A stretch of DNA of 64,000 bases from Myxococcales bacterium. Lineage in GTDB: Bacteria > Myxococcota_A > Polyangia > Polyangiales > JAFGIB01. Below are positions 37,445 to 46,406 of the stretch, one piece after another. Within the stretch, counting starts at the first letter, position 1. Each line of letters opens with the position of its first letter. The notes below the pieces were generated by a model. It had not been told where the DNA came from and did not search any database. It saw only the letters and a program-made list of their open reading frames with translations. The position numbers and the translations under genes were made by a program. The stretch covers positions 11,652 to 75,651 of the forward strand of contig JASFKR010000002.1 in assembly GCA_050118535.1 (NCBI GenBank). The letters are read 5' to 3'.

Positions 37445-38811
37445 CGCGATTCTCCTGGGGCGCCGGCTGCCAGCTCCGGAGGGCGCTTCTTTTCGGGGGA
37501 CGCGGGGGTGACTTCGGGCAGGCCGTAGGCGCGGTTGAGTAGCTCGATGGGATGGTAGGCGGCGGTGCCCAGGTCCTGCGCGATGCGCTGGCCCGAAAGG
37601 GGGCAGTCGGTCGCCACCGCGGTGTATTGCACGTCGCGCAGCCCGCCGATCAGCTTGCGCGCATACTGCTCGCCCAGCTCGTAGAACTGGGCCTTCATGC
37701 CCCAGGTGCCGTCGACCGCGGAGCACTCCTCGACCACGTCGACCTCCGTGTCGGGAACCTTGGACAGCAGGATGCGTCCCGGCGCGCCGATCTTTTGGGC
37801 GCGCAGGTGACACGCCGCGTGGTAGGCGACGTGTCCCAGGGGATTGACGAACTCGCGGTTGAGCGTCTTGTCGCGCCACTTCATCCGCAGAAACTCCATC
37901 AGGTCGAACGTGCTCTCCGCCACGTTGCGCGCAGCTTCGGTGCCGAGCAGCTCCGGGTACTCCTTCTTGATCACGTAGCTGCAGGTGGGGCCCGGGACCA
38001 CGATCGACATGCCTCGCTCGACGAAAGGCAGTAGGGTCTGCACGTTTTGTCGGGCCTTGTCCTGGGCCGCCGCCACGTCTCCGCCGTCCATGTTGGGCAT
38101 CCCGCAGCACGTCTGCTCGGCGGGGTAGTGGACGGCCAGGCCGTTGTGCTCCAGCACCTGCACGGCCGCGATGCCCGTGGTGGGCATGTTGTAGTTGCTG
38201 GTGCAGGTGGAGAAGAGCACCACCTCGCCGTGCTCGCCGGCGTTCGGATCTGGTTCGTGTCGGTCGAACCACTCACGCAGCGGTGTGCGGGCGAATGGGG
38301 GCAGGTTGAAGTCGGCGCTGATGCCGGTGACCGCCTGTTGCACCTTGCGCAGCAGGCGCGACTCGCTGACGAAATTCATCAGCGGCGCCATGGGACCGCT
38401 GGCCATCTTGCCCAGTTTTTGGGGCTCCCCGAGCAGACGGTCCTGCAGCGGGATGCCGTCGCGGCGGGCGCGCTGGGCCTTGTGCCGGAGCATCAGGCGC
38501 GGGAAGTCGAGCATGAAGGCGTGCTCGTCATCCGGCGTGTAGGGGCACTTGATGTAGCAGAGCTTGCACTGGTAGCAGAGGTCGTTGACCGCTTCGTAGT
38601 CGAGCTTTACCAGGGCCTCGACCTCGCCTCTGCCGGCCTCCTCGGCCTCGTCGATGGCGCCAAACATGCGCGGAAAGGAAGGGCAGTACCCCACGCACAT
38701 GCGGCAGCCGTGGCAGATCGTGAAGACTCGTTCGAGCTCCTGCTCGAGGTCACCCTCGTCCCAGTAGCGGTCGTCATTGGGGTCGAAGCAGGGCGTTCGT
38801 TCGGGTCGCAT
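37441..38811 (-). CDS. (Fe-S)-binding, heterodisulfide-reductase-D-like protein with CCG domains
   Basis: ATG at 38811 ([17 protein letters not shown]). Two 4Fe-4S motifs are present: [12 protein letters not shown] and [16 protein letters not shown] motif reads EQTCCGMP. Confidence 0.8.
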   Translation of the reverse strand: MRPERTPCFDPNDDRYWDEGDLEQELERVFTICHGCRMCVGYCPSFPRMFGAIDEAEEAGRGEVEALVKLDYEAVNDLCYQCKLCYIKCPYTPDDEHAFMLDFPRLMLRHKAQRARRDGIPLQDRLLGEPQKLGKMASGPMAPLMNFVSESRLLRKVQQAVTGISADFNLPPFARTPLREWFDRHEPDPNAGEHGEVVLFSTCTSNYNMPTTGIAAVQVLEHNGLAVHYPAEQTCCGMPNMDGGDVAAAQDKARQNVQTLLPFVERGMSIVVPGPTCSYVIKKEYPELLGTEAARNVAESTFDLMEFLRMKWRDKTLNREFVNPLGHVAYHAACHLRAQKIGAPGRILLSKVPDTEVDVVEECSAVDGTWGMKAQFYELGEQYARKLIGGLRDVQYTAVATDCPLSGQRIAQDLGTAAYHPIELLNRAYGLPEVTPASPEKKRPPELAAGAPGESR

Positions 38812-38918
38812 GACTCGCTCCAGGCTGCCCGTCGGAGGGGGGCAGCTCGAGGAGGGTGCCGGCGCAGCGAGCCCGCCCCGGAGCGCATCCGGGACAGGCC
38901 CACCGCGACGCCGTCGTC

Positions 38919-39338
38919 TCAGTCGAGGTCGTCGAGGGCCTTCTGGAACCGGCCAGCGTGGGACTTCTCGGCCTTGGCCAGGGTCTCGAACCACTCGGCC
39001 ACGTCGTCGAAGCCCTCCTCGCGGGCGGTCTTGGCCATCGAGGGGTACATGTCGGTGTACTCGTGGGTCTCGCCCGCCACCGCGGCCGCCAGGTTCTTGT
39101 CGGTCGTGCCGATGGGCTTGCCGGTCGCCGGATCGCCCACCTTCTTGAGGTAGTCGAGGTGACCGTGGGCGTGACCGGTCTCACCGTCCGCCGTGTCGCG
39201 GAAGAGGCCCGCCACGTCCGGGTAGCCCTCCACGTCGGCGATCTTGGAGAAGTAGAGGTAGCGACGGTTCGCCTGGGACTCGCCCGCGAACGCGTCCTTG
39301 AGGTTCTGCTCGGTCTTGGAGCCCTTCAAATCAGCCAT
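38919..39338 (-). CDS. Rubrerythrin-family (ferritin-like diiron) protein without a rubredoxin domain
   Basis: The ATG at 39338 follows GGAGAG. The protein reads [30 protein letters not shown]...GETGHAHGH...[14 protein letters not shown]...AEKSHAGRF, carrying the E...ExxH pairs. Confidence 0.85.
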   Translation of the reverse strand: MADLKGSKTEQNLKDAFAGESQANRRYLYFSKIADVEGYPDVAGLFRDTADGETGHAHGHLDYLKKVGDPATGKPIGTTDKNLAAAVAGETHEYTDMYPSMAKTAREEGFDDVAEWFETLAKAEKSHAGRFQKALDDLD

Positions 39339-39372
39339 TGGGATCTCTCCTGTTCGTGTCAGCGCATACTGC

Positions 39373-39810
39373 CTACACTCGCGCGGCCCGCGCGCACTGC
39401 GCGCACAGCCCACGGAAGACTCGTTCCACGCGGCGCACCCGAAACCCGCTGGGCCCGCGCGCCTCCGGCGCTGCCGCCGCGTTGCTCACGGGTGGCGCGA
39501 CGTCCTGCACGCAGCCGCAGCCATCGCAGACCGCGTGGTCGTGGGGCGCGATGTTGGGATCGAAGCGGCTGGAGCCCCCCAGCTCCAGGCGGCGGCAGGC
39601 CCCGATGGCAGTCAGGGCGCCCAGCGTGTTGTAGACGGTGGCCAGCGCCACGTCCGGGAACCGTGCTTCCAGTCGCTGGTGCAGCTGCTGGGCCGTCGGG
39701 TGGCTCGGGTCACCCGCGAGGCAATCCACCAGAGCCAGCCGCTGCCGGGTGAGCTTCAGCCCCGCGCTGCGCAGCGCACCGACCAGCCGGTCCTGGGAGC
39801 ATTCCGACAT
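39373..39810 (-). CDS. Fur-family regulator, PerR-like by context
   Basis: The protein has [14 protein letters not shown]...[18 protein letters not shown] and a C-terminal CAQC (two CxxC pairs). It sits immediately upstream of rubrerythrin. Confidence 0.85.
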   Translation of the reverse strand: MSECSQDRLVGALRSAGLKLTRQRLALVDCLAGDPSHPTAQQLHQRLEARFPDVALATVYNTLGALTAIGACRRLELGGSSRFDPNIAPHDHAVCDGCGCVQDVAPPVSNAAAAPEARGPSGFRVRRVERVFRGLCAQCARAARV

Positions 39811-39813
39811 GCG

Positions 39814-39836
39814 TAGATTGGAACGCTTCTAATCTA
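39814..39836. promoter_or_regulatory. AT-rich inverted repeat directly upstream of the Fur/PerR-like gene (candidate auto-operator)
   Basis: TAGATTGGAA-cgc-TTCTAATCTA matches 9 of 10 arm positions and starts 4 nt upstream of the ATG at 39810. Confidence 0.4.
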
Positions 39837-39875
39837 AGTGATGCGGAAGTCAACCCCATCAGTCACCGTGGCCAC

Positions 39876-40739
39876 TCAGGGCGCCACGGGCGCGATGGAC
39901 GCGCTCACCGTGTACTCCTGTAAGAAGAGGGGGCCGGCCGGTGTGCTGCAATCGATGCTGCCGGAGGTGACATCCCTGAGGTCGGGCCTGCAGGGGTAGA
40001 TGAGATCGTCGTCGTCGGGGTCGTCTGCGTCCCATACCTCGAACAGCAGGATGTCGCCCTCGCGCAAGCTCACCGGGAACGGCGGATCGTCGAAGCTCGG
40101 CATGAGCCCAGGCTCGGCAGTCGTGGTGCGACCGATCTCGGTCGAGACGCCGTCGCGCAGCCGCAACACCCGCACGTAGACCGAGGGCCGGCACGTGCAC
40201 GCGGAGAAGGGCGCCGAAACGACGCTGCAGAAGATGTCGTAACACTGCTCGACGTGGTCCTTGATCGGCACGGTCGCGCCGCTCACCGTGACCAGAAACA
40301 TCCCGTCGGAGGTTGCGCCCACCGGCTGGCAGACCTCCCCGACGCAGCGCAAGTCGTCGGGGCAGCCACCACAGGCGTCGGGCGGGGTGATGACCACGTC
40401 GTCGGCGCCGGCGTCTTCGTCCGCGGCGCCGGCGGAGGCGCCGGCGTCCGGGACCGGCGAGGCGACCGAGGGGGGCGGGTCGTCGCCAGTCGGTGCGCCG
40501 CTGCCGTCGTCCGAGCCCACGCCGTCGTTCATACCCGCGCTTTCATCGGGTGACTGGTCGGTCAAGGGCAGGCGGCATTGGGCGAAGCCCTGGCAATCCG
40601 GGTTGCTGCAATTCATCTGGCCGTCATCGCCGAGGCAGGCGGCAAAGGCCGTGTCTCCGACCGACACCGAACCGCAGCCCCACGCGCACGCGAGCGCGCA
40701 AACGATAGAAATCCCGCCGATGTGGCTGCCCACGGTCAC
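39876..40739 (-). CDS. Secreted/lipoprotein with an acidic linker and a C2-like C-terminal beta-sandwich; start uncertain
   Basis: The N-terminus ...HIGGISIVCALACAWGC is signal-like. The C-terminal pattern reads FLVTVSGATVPIKD...PSVYVRVLRLRDGVSTEIGRTTT...PFPVSLREGDILLFEVWDADDPDDDDLI. The 40919 start in the track would overlap the divergent gene. Confidence 0.5.
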   Translation of the reverse strand: MTVGSHIGGISIVCALACAWGCGSVSVGDTAFAACLGDDGQMNCSNPDCQGFAQCRLPLTDQSPDESAGMNDGVGSDDGSGAPTGDDPPPSVASPVPDAGASAGAADEDAGADDVVITPPDACGGCPDDLRCVGEVCQPVGATSDGMFLVTVSGATVPIKDHVEQCYDIFCSVVSAPFSACTCRPSVYVRVLRLRDGVSTEIGRTTTAEPGLMPSFDDPPFPVSLREGDILLFEVWDADDPDDDDLIYPCRPDLRDVTSGSIDCSTPAGPLFLQEYTVSASIAPVAP

Positions 40740-40906
40740 GCCGATCCCGAATCCACCCTGAAACGAAGCATAGCGCGAACTGGCACGCGCGCAGTGCGCA
40801 AAACCAATGCCCCCAATCTGCGTGTCTGCGCCTGCATGACCCCGGAACACATCGGCGCCCGAGGTCGCGTTGACGCCCCTTTCCGCTCCGCCGTAGCCTC
40901 TCGCAC

Positions 40907-43255
40907 ATGCTCGATGCACCGCGGCGAGTCCTTCGCCTGCTCCTCATCGCGTCGCTGTCCACGGCGTGGGCCTGTTCCGGGAAGGTCTCTGGCGATGAAG
41001 ACGAAACGCCGGGTGGAGACGGGTCGGGCGGCGATGCCCAGGACGGCTACATCGGTGCAGACGGATGCGTGTCGCAGCGCAACTTCTTCGCGCAGCGCCT
41101 GTGGTCGCCCGTGCTCGACCGCGTCTGCATGAATTGCCACGCGCCCGACGGCATCGCCACCGAGCAGAATGCAGCGTTGCAGCTCGTTTCGTCGGGGTAT
41201 CCGGGCTTCATCGAGTCCAACATGGAGAACATGGCGACGGTGGCGCGGCTCGAGTTCGACGGCAGGTCGGTGCTTCTGCGCAAGCCGCTCGGCGAAATGG
41301 ACCACGGCGGCGGCGCCGTGTTGCAGGAGGACAGCGAGGAATACGCGGCGCTGGTCGAATTCGTCGACCTGCTCGACAGCGAAAACGTGTGCGAGAGCGA
41401 CCCCGTCCCCACCTTCGATGACGTGGAGCTGCTCGACGCCCACGCCACCTTCCGCAAGGCCACGCTGCAGCTCGGCGGGCGACTGCCCGACGGGGACGAG
41501 CTCGACCGACTCGATGAGGAGGGAGAGGACGCGCTCTCGCCGCTGCTCGACGGCCTGCTCGAGGAGCAGGCGTTTCTCGAGCGCCTCAAGGACATCTACA
41601 ACGACCGCCTGCTGACCGACCTCTACCTTCGCTACAACGGCGCGGCCACCAACCTGCTGAACGCCAGCGATTACCCGGCGAGGGAAGACGAGATGTACGA
41701 CATGCTGGCCGAGGACGTCCGGCTCGAGGCCAATCGGGCGCTCGCCCGGGAGCCGCTCGAGCTGATCGCGCACGTCGTGCGCAACGACCGCCCCTTCTCC
41801 GAGATCCTCACCGCCGACTACACGGTGGTGAATCCGTTTTCGTCGCTGATCTACGGCGTCTACCCGGAGTTTTCCGATCCGGACGACCCGGACGAGTTCG
41901 TGGAGGTCCAAATCTCCATCGATCGTGACGGCGAGGCGATCCAGATCCCCCACGCGGGCGTGATGACCACGCCCGTGTTCCTCAACCGCATGCCGACCAC
42001 GCCGACCAACCGCAATCGGCACCGGGCGCGCAAGCTGCTCGAGATCTTCCTGGCCACCGACCTGCTGCGAATCAACACCCGCCCCATCGATCCGGAGGCG
42101 TCGAGTGGCTTCAACAACCCCACCCGCGACGACCCGCAGTGCACGGGCTGCCACCGCCAGCTCGATCCCATCGCGGGCGCCTTCCAGAAGTGGGACGAGC
42201 GCGACCAGGAGCGCTATTTCCCCGATCGCGAGTGGTATCCAGAGGTCTTCCCGCCGGGCTTCGGCAAGGAGGTCATGGCCACCAGCGACTTCGACAGGGC
42301 GCAGGCCTGGCTCGCCGAGCGCATGGTCGCCGACCCGCGCTTCGTCATCGCCACCGTGCACACCCTCTACACCGGGATCACCGGCCACCAGCCCCTGCTC
42401 TACCCGGAGGACTCGGACGCGGAGGACTTCACCCAGCAGCGACGCGCCTGGGAGGCCCAGGATGCGGTCTTCCGCGAGGTGGGCGACGCCTTCGTCGCCG
42501 ACGACATGAACCTCAAGACCCTGGTGCGCGAGCTCGTGCTCACGCCGTATTTTCGGGCGGCCAACGCGTCGGAGGAGCTCTCGGGCGCGCGCGAGAAGGA
42601 GCTCGTCGAGGTGGGGACTGGGCGCTTCTCCATCCCGCGCGTGCTCGCCGACAAGATCGAGGCGGTCACGGGCGTGTCCTGGGCGAGGGGTTGGGACTCG
42701 CGGCCCTATCTCACCAGCGACTACCGCATCCTCTATGGCGGCATCGACAGCGACAGCGTGACGGATCGGCTCACCGTGCCCAACGGCATCATGGCCAATC
42801 TGGCGTGGCGCATGGCCAACGAGGTGGCTTGCAACGTCACCGCGGCCGACTTCAACCAGTCCCGCGAAGACCGCCTGCTGTTTCCCGAGGTCGACCCCTC
42901 CGACGCGCCAGCCACGCTGACCGGCGACGAGATCCCGGCGGCCGTGGAGCGTATCAAGGCCAACATCCGCCACCTGCACCAGCGCGTGCTCGGAGAGCGG
43001 CTGCCGGAAGGAGACGCGGAGCTGGAGCGAACCTACCAGCTCTTCTTCGAGACCTGGGACGAGGGCGCGCGCGCGGTGGAGGATGGCGAGCTGCCGGGCC
43101 GCCTGACCTGGCAGTGTCAGGCCCGCGTGGACCCGGACACCGGCGAGGACCTGCCCGACGAGGAGCGCCTCGTGGATGACGAGGGCTACACCGTCCGCGC
43201 GTGGATGGCCGTCATGACCTATCTCCTCGCCGACTACCAGTTCCTCTATGAGTAG
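40907..43255 (+). CDS. Large lipoprotein with a CxxCH heme-binding motif (DUF1592/PSCyt-like family, from memory)
   Basis: The signal/lipobox reads MLDAPRRVLRLLLIASLSTAWAC. The heme motif reads LWSPVLDRVCMNCHAPDGIA. It is paired with a downstream DUF1501 gene. Confidence 0.7.
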   Translation: MLDAPRRVLRLLLIASLSTAWACSGKVSGDEDETPGGDGSGGDAQDGYIGADGCVSQRNFFAQRLWSPVLDRVCMNCHAPDGIATEQNAALQLVSSGYPGFIESNMENMATVARLEFDGRSVLLRKPLGEMDHGGGAVLQEDSEEYAALVEFVDLLDSENVCESDPVPTFDDVELLDAHATFRKATLQLGGRLPDGDELDRLDEEGEDALSPLLDGLLEEQAFLERLKDIYNDRLLTDLYLRYNGAATNLLNASDYPAREDEMYDMLAEDVRLEANRALAREPLELIAHVVRNDRPFSEILTADYTVVNPFSSLIYGVYPEFSDPDDPDEFVEVQISIDRDGEAIQIPHAGVMTTPVFLNRMPTTPTNRNRHRARKLLEIFLATDLLRINTRPIDPEASSGFNNPTRDDPQCTGCHRQLDPIAGAFQKWDERDQERYFPDREWYPEVFPPGFGKEVMATSDFDRAQAWLAERMVADPRFVIATVHTLYTGITGHQPLLYPEDSDAEDFTQQRRAWEAQDAVFREVGDAFVADDMNLKTLVRELVLTPYFRAANASEELSGAREKELVEVGTGRFSIPRVLADKIEAVTGVSWARGWDSRPYLTSDYRILYGGIDSDSVTDRLTVPNGIMANLAWRMANEVACNVTAADFNQSREDRLLFPEVDPSDAPATLTGDEIPAAVERIKANIRHLHQRVLGERLPEGDAELERTYQLFFETWDEGARAVEDGELPGRLTWQCQARVDPDTGEDLPDEERLVDDEGYTVRAWMAVMTYLLADYQFLYE

Positions 43256-43264
43256 GAGTCAGCC

Positions 43265-44599
43265 ATGGACCGCCGCACATTCCTGAAAGCCTCCGCGATC
43301 GCCGGCCTGGCCTCCTCCGCGCCCTGGGTCTTCCGCTCTGCGCGCGCCCAGGACGGCGGCCAGGGCACCTTCGACGGTCCGTACTGGATCTTCGTCAGCG
43401 CCGCAGGCGGTTGGGATCCGCAGTTCATGTTCGACCCCACCGAAGACCCCGAATACAACCGCATGTACCAGGGGACGGGTCAGGTGGGAAACATCCCGTA
43501 TGCACCGATCGGCATCGACTACGAGCGTCTGGACTGGGATCCGGCGGCGGGCATCGAGGCGCACGTGCTCACGCCGGAGCAATTTCTGAACGCCCACGGC
43601 GGTCGGTTGACCGTCATCAACGGCGTAGACACCACGACGAACAACCACGACGGCGGCGCCCGCGCAATGGCGAGCGGCAAACTCGGGCTGGGCTACCCGG
43701 CGCTCGCGGCCCTGATCGCGGCCAAGGAGGCGCCCTCCATGCCCATGTCGTTCTTCAGCGGCGGGGGCTACGACGTGACCGGCGGCCACATCCCGCTGAC
43801 CCGTGTGTCCAACGCCGGCTCGTTCAACCGCATCGCCCGCCCCAACGAGATCAGCGCGGGCGAGCCGGATACGGCCCTCTATCACACGCAGGAGACCTGG
43901 GAGCGCATCGCCCGGTTTCAGCGCGAGCGAAACGAGGCGCTGCGCGAGCGGCAGCGCCTGCCCGCCCTGCGGACGGCCATGCGCGAGTTGCTGGAGGCCC
44001 GCGTCAGCACCCGCGTGCTCGACCAGCTGCAGATGCCCGACGAGCTCATCGACCTGGCACCCGGTGAGCTCAACGCCCTGGAGGGGTTCATGCGGCAAGG
44101 GCAGATGGTGCTCGCCGCGTTCCGCTCGGGCCTTTCAGCGACCGGCAGCATCAACTACGGCGGCTGGGACACCCACGGCAACCACGACCGGGACCAGACG
44201 CGCAAGGTGCTCGAACTGCTCGGTGGCCTCGACTTCCTGGTGGCAGAGGCCGATCGCCTCGGGCTGGGCGACCAGGTCAACATCGTGGTCACCTCCGATT
44301 TCGGCCGCGGCCCGCATTACAACGGCGAGAACGACAACGCCGGCAAGGATCACTGGCCGATCACCAGCGTGCTTGCGATGGGGCCGGCGTTCGAGGGTGA
44401 CCGCCTCGTCGGGGCGACCGACGACCGACAGCTCGCTCGCAACGTGGATCCCGACACCCTGGAGGTGGTCTCGGAGGGGGGCGTGAAGATCGGTCCCGAG
44501 CACGTGCATCACGCGCTGCGCGAGTTGGCCGGGCTCGACGACCACGAGCTCACGGCCGGCTACCCCTTGCCAGGCGAGCCGCTGCCGCTCTTCGGGTGA
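43265..44599 (+). CDS. DUF1501-family Tat-exported protein (sulfatase-like fold)
   Basis: The twin-arginine signal reads MDRRTFLKASAIAGLASSAPWVFRSARA. The conserved GGWDTHGNH motif is present. Confidence 0.8.
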   Translation: MDRRTFLKASAIAGLASSAPWVFRSARAQDGGQGTFDGPYWIFVSAAGGWDPQFMFDPTEDPEYNRMYQGTGQVGNIPYAPIGIDYERLDWDPAAGIEAHVLTPEQFLNAHGGRLTVINGVDTTTNNHDGGARAMASGKLGLGYPALAALIAAKEAPSMPMSFFSGGGYDVTGGHIPLTRVSNAGSFNRIARPNEISAGEPDTALYHTQETWERIARFQRERNEALRERQRLPALRTAMRELLEARVSTRVLDQLQMPDELIDLAPGELNALEGFMRQGQMVLAAFRSGLSATGSINYGGWDTHGNHDRDQTRKVLELLGGLDFLVAEADRLGLGDQVNIVVTSDFGRGPHYNGENDNAGKDHWPITSVLAMGPAFEGDRLVGATDDRQLARNVDPDTLEVVSEGGVKIGPEHVHHALRELAGLDDHELTAGYPLPGEPLPLFG

Positions 44600-45111
44600 C
44601 CTCCGGGCGCCTTCCCGCCCGCCAGCCGCTGCAACTCGGCGCGATGGCGGGCGGCGATGATGTCGAGGGTGCGGAGCAGCGAGCGGAAGGCGCGCCGGTC
44701 GAAGTTGGTGTCGGTGGCCAGCACCGCCGACAGGCGCACCTCGCCCGTGGTCGGGCTCCATTGGAACTTGCCGACGAGCAGCTCCCAGTTCAGCTCCATC
44801 AGCCGGGCCAGGACGGCCGGTGTGCCCGGCGCATCGGCGGGCGCCTTCAGGTAGCGCTCCACGTAGACGTGGACGGTGTCGGTCTCATCGTCGTACACGG
44901 CGTGCGCACGTAGCCCACGCTCGGAGAGCGAGCTGCGCGCGGCGTAGGTGCAGTGATGGCGCGTGGGCGCCTCCGTGCGGCACCGGGGCGACAAGCCCAG
45001 CGCGCGCAGCTCGGCTTCCATGATCTCGGCGTAGCGAGGGAGCGCCGCGGGCTGGGCCGCTGCCAGATGCGTCGACAGCAGGGCGGCGAGGCCGACCGCG
45101 AAGCGCTTCAT
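44560..45111 (-). CDS. Secreted hypothetical protein
   Basis: The signal peptide reads MKRFAVGLAALLSTHLAAAQP. An ATGA overlap joins it to the upstream S26-like gene. Its 3' end overlaps the convergent DUF1501 gene by 40 nt. Confidence 0.5.
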   Translation of the reverse strand: MKRFAVGLAALLSTHLAAAQPAALPRYAEIMEAELRALGLSPRCRTEAPTRHHCTYAARSSLSERGLRAHAVYDDETDTVHVYVERYLKAPADAPGTPAVLARLMELNWELLVGKFQWSPTTGEVRLSAVLATDTNFDRRAFRSLLRTLDIIAARHRAELQRLAGGKAPGGHPKSGSGSPGKG

Positions 45112-45731
45112 CGGATGAGGTCCAGCGGGGCGTTGTCGAGGTCGTCGCCGGTGGGCTCGGCCGCCTTCCAGCGCATGAAGACCTGACCCAGGCAGTGCTC
45201 CGGTTGCACTTCGCCGAACTTGCGGCTGTCGGACTGGCGCTCCATGCGGTTGTCCCCCAGCAGGTAGACGCCGGTCTTCACCCTGTATGGGCGGATGCGC
45301 AGCTTGGTGCCGCGCTCCTGGAAGTACATGTGGTCGTGTCGTCCGAAGAAGTCGATGTGCCGCATCTGCATGTCGAACTGCTTCTTGCGGGTCACGTCGT
45401 AGAACAAGACGTCGCGTCCGCTTCCAGTGGTGGTCTGGTCGTCTCCGATGTAGAGCTGGCCGTTGTAGTCGGTCCGCACCGTGTAGCCCGCCTTCGCGAT
45501 CACGCGCCCGAAGACCAGCTCGCCCTTCCGGTAGGGGTGCTCGCAGACCATGACGTCGGTCACGTCGGCGTGTGCGCCTTTCCAGACCAGCACCTCGTCG
45601 CCGTAGACCAGGGTGGGGGCCATCACGTTGGTGTTCACGCGCACGACCTCGATGAAGAACATTCGCATCAGGACGCCGCCGATGACGACGATGGCGGCCA
45701 CGTTGGCCAGGAGCTTGCCGGTGTCACTCAT
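45108..45731 (-). CDS. Signal peptidase I (S26) homologue that appears to lack the Ser/Lys catalytic dyad
   Basis: ATG at 45731 (MSDTGKLLANVAAIVVIGGV, a TM segment). Box B reads TNVMAPTL where SM-PTL is expected. Box D reads VFGRVIAKAGY where KRVIGLPGD is expected. Box E, LGDNRMERQSDSRKFG, is intact. Confidence 0.7.
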   Translation of the reverse strand: MSDTGKLLANVAAIVVIGGVLMRMFFIEVVRVNTNVMAPTLVYGDEVLVWKGAHADVTDVMVCEHPYRKGELVFGRVIAKAGYTVRTDYNGQLYIGDDQTTTGSGRDVLFYDVTRKKQFDMQMRHIDFFGRHDHMYFQERGTKLRIRPYRVKTGVYLLGDNRMERQSDSRKFGEVQPEHCLGQVFMRWKAAEPTGDDLDNAPLDLIR

Positions 45732-46389
45732 CCGTCGATCCGAGGGTACGCGAACGTGCCGTGGCCGCAATTTGTCGGCGTACGCGGTCGACTTCGGACA
45801 GCAGCGCAGCGGTCGCCGCGGCCGGGTCGGGGGCGCCGGCCACGTGGCGCAGGGCCGCCACCGCGGAGGCGCCGGCGTGCAGGGCTGGTCCGACCCGCCC
45901 CGGTCCGATGCCGCCGAGGGCCACCACCGGCGCCCGCACGGCCGCGGTCAGACGCTCGAGCCCGGCCTCGCCCAGCCCCTCGCCCTTGCCGGGCACCTCG
46001 AAGACGGGGGCCAGCAGCAGGAAGTCGGCGCCGGCCCGGGCGGCCGCCTGCGCTCCCGCCAGGTCGTGGCGCGACGCGCCGATGAGCCCGTGGTCGCCCA
46101 GGATGCGCCGCGCCTCGGTCACCGACGGGCCGCGCTCGGGCAGTTGCACGCCGTCGGCGCTGACTTGCAGCGCCAGCTCGGGGTCGGCGCTGATCAACAA
46201 CGGCGCTCCGGCTCGGGCCGTGATCGTGCGCAGGCGATGAGCCAGCTCTCGCCGCCCGGAGCCCCGCGAGGCCGGGCTGCGCAGCTGCACGGCGACGCGC
46301 CCCGGCGGCGCCGCAGTCAGGGCACGCTCGATCATCGCGCACAGGCGTCCGGCTTCTCCGTCCGGGGTGATCAGATACAGGTCGAACAC
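45724..46389 (-). CDS. thiE: Thiamine-phosphate synthase
   Basis: The protein reads MFDLYLITPD...VQLR...ADGVQLP...GASRHD...ADFLLLAPVF...GGIGP. The gene follows thiS-thiG. Confidence 0.8.
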   Translation of the reverse strand: MFDLYLITPDGEAGRLCAMIERALTAAPPGRVAVQLRSPASRGSGRRELAHRLRTITARAGAPLLISADPELALQVSADGVQLPERGPSVTEARRILGDHGLIGASRHDLAGAQAAARAGADFLLLAPVFEVPGKGEGLGEAGLERLTAAVRAPVVALGGIGPGRVGPALHAGASAVAALRHVAGAPDPAAATAALLSEVDRVRRQIAATARSRTLGSTDE

Positions 46390-46406
46390 CAGCAGCCGGG
46401 CGCCGA

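Noticed and set aside
40736-42979. The 747-aa minus-strand ORF opposite the CxxCH lipoprotein gene. ORFs 59279..61483 (+, 734 aa) and 60859..63597 (-, 912 aa) are similar cases.
   Set aside because: Each lies antisense to genes with strong family motifs (AbfD-like, OMT, biotin carboxylase). Their composition is biased and they carry no motifs.
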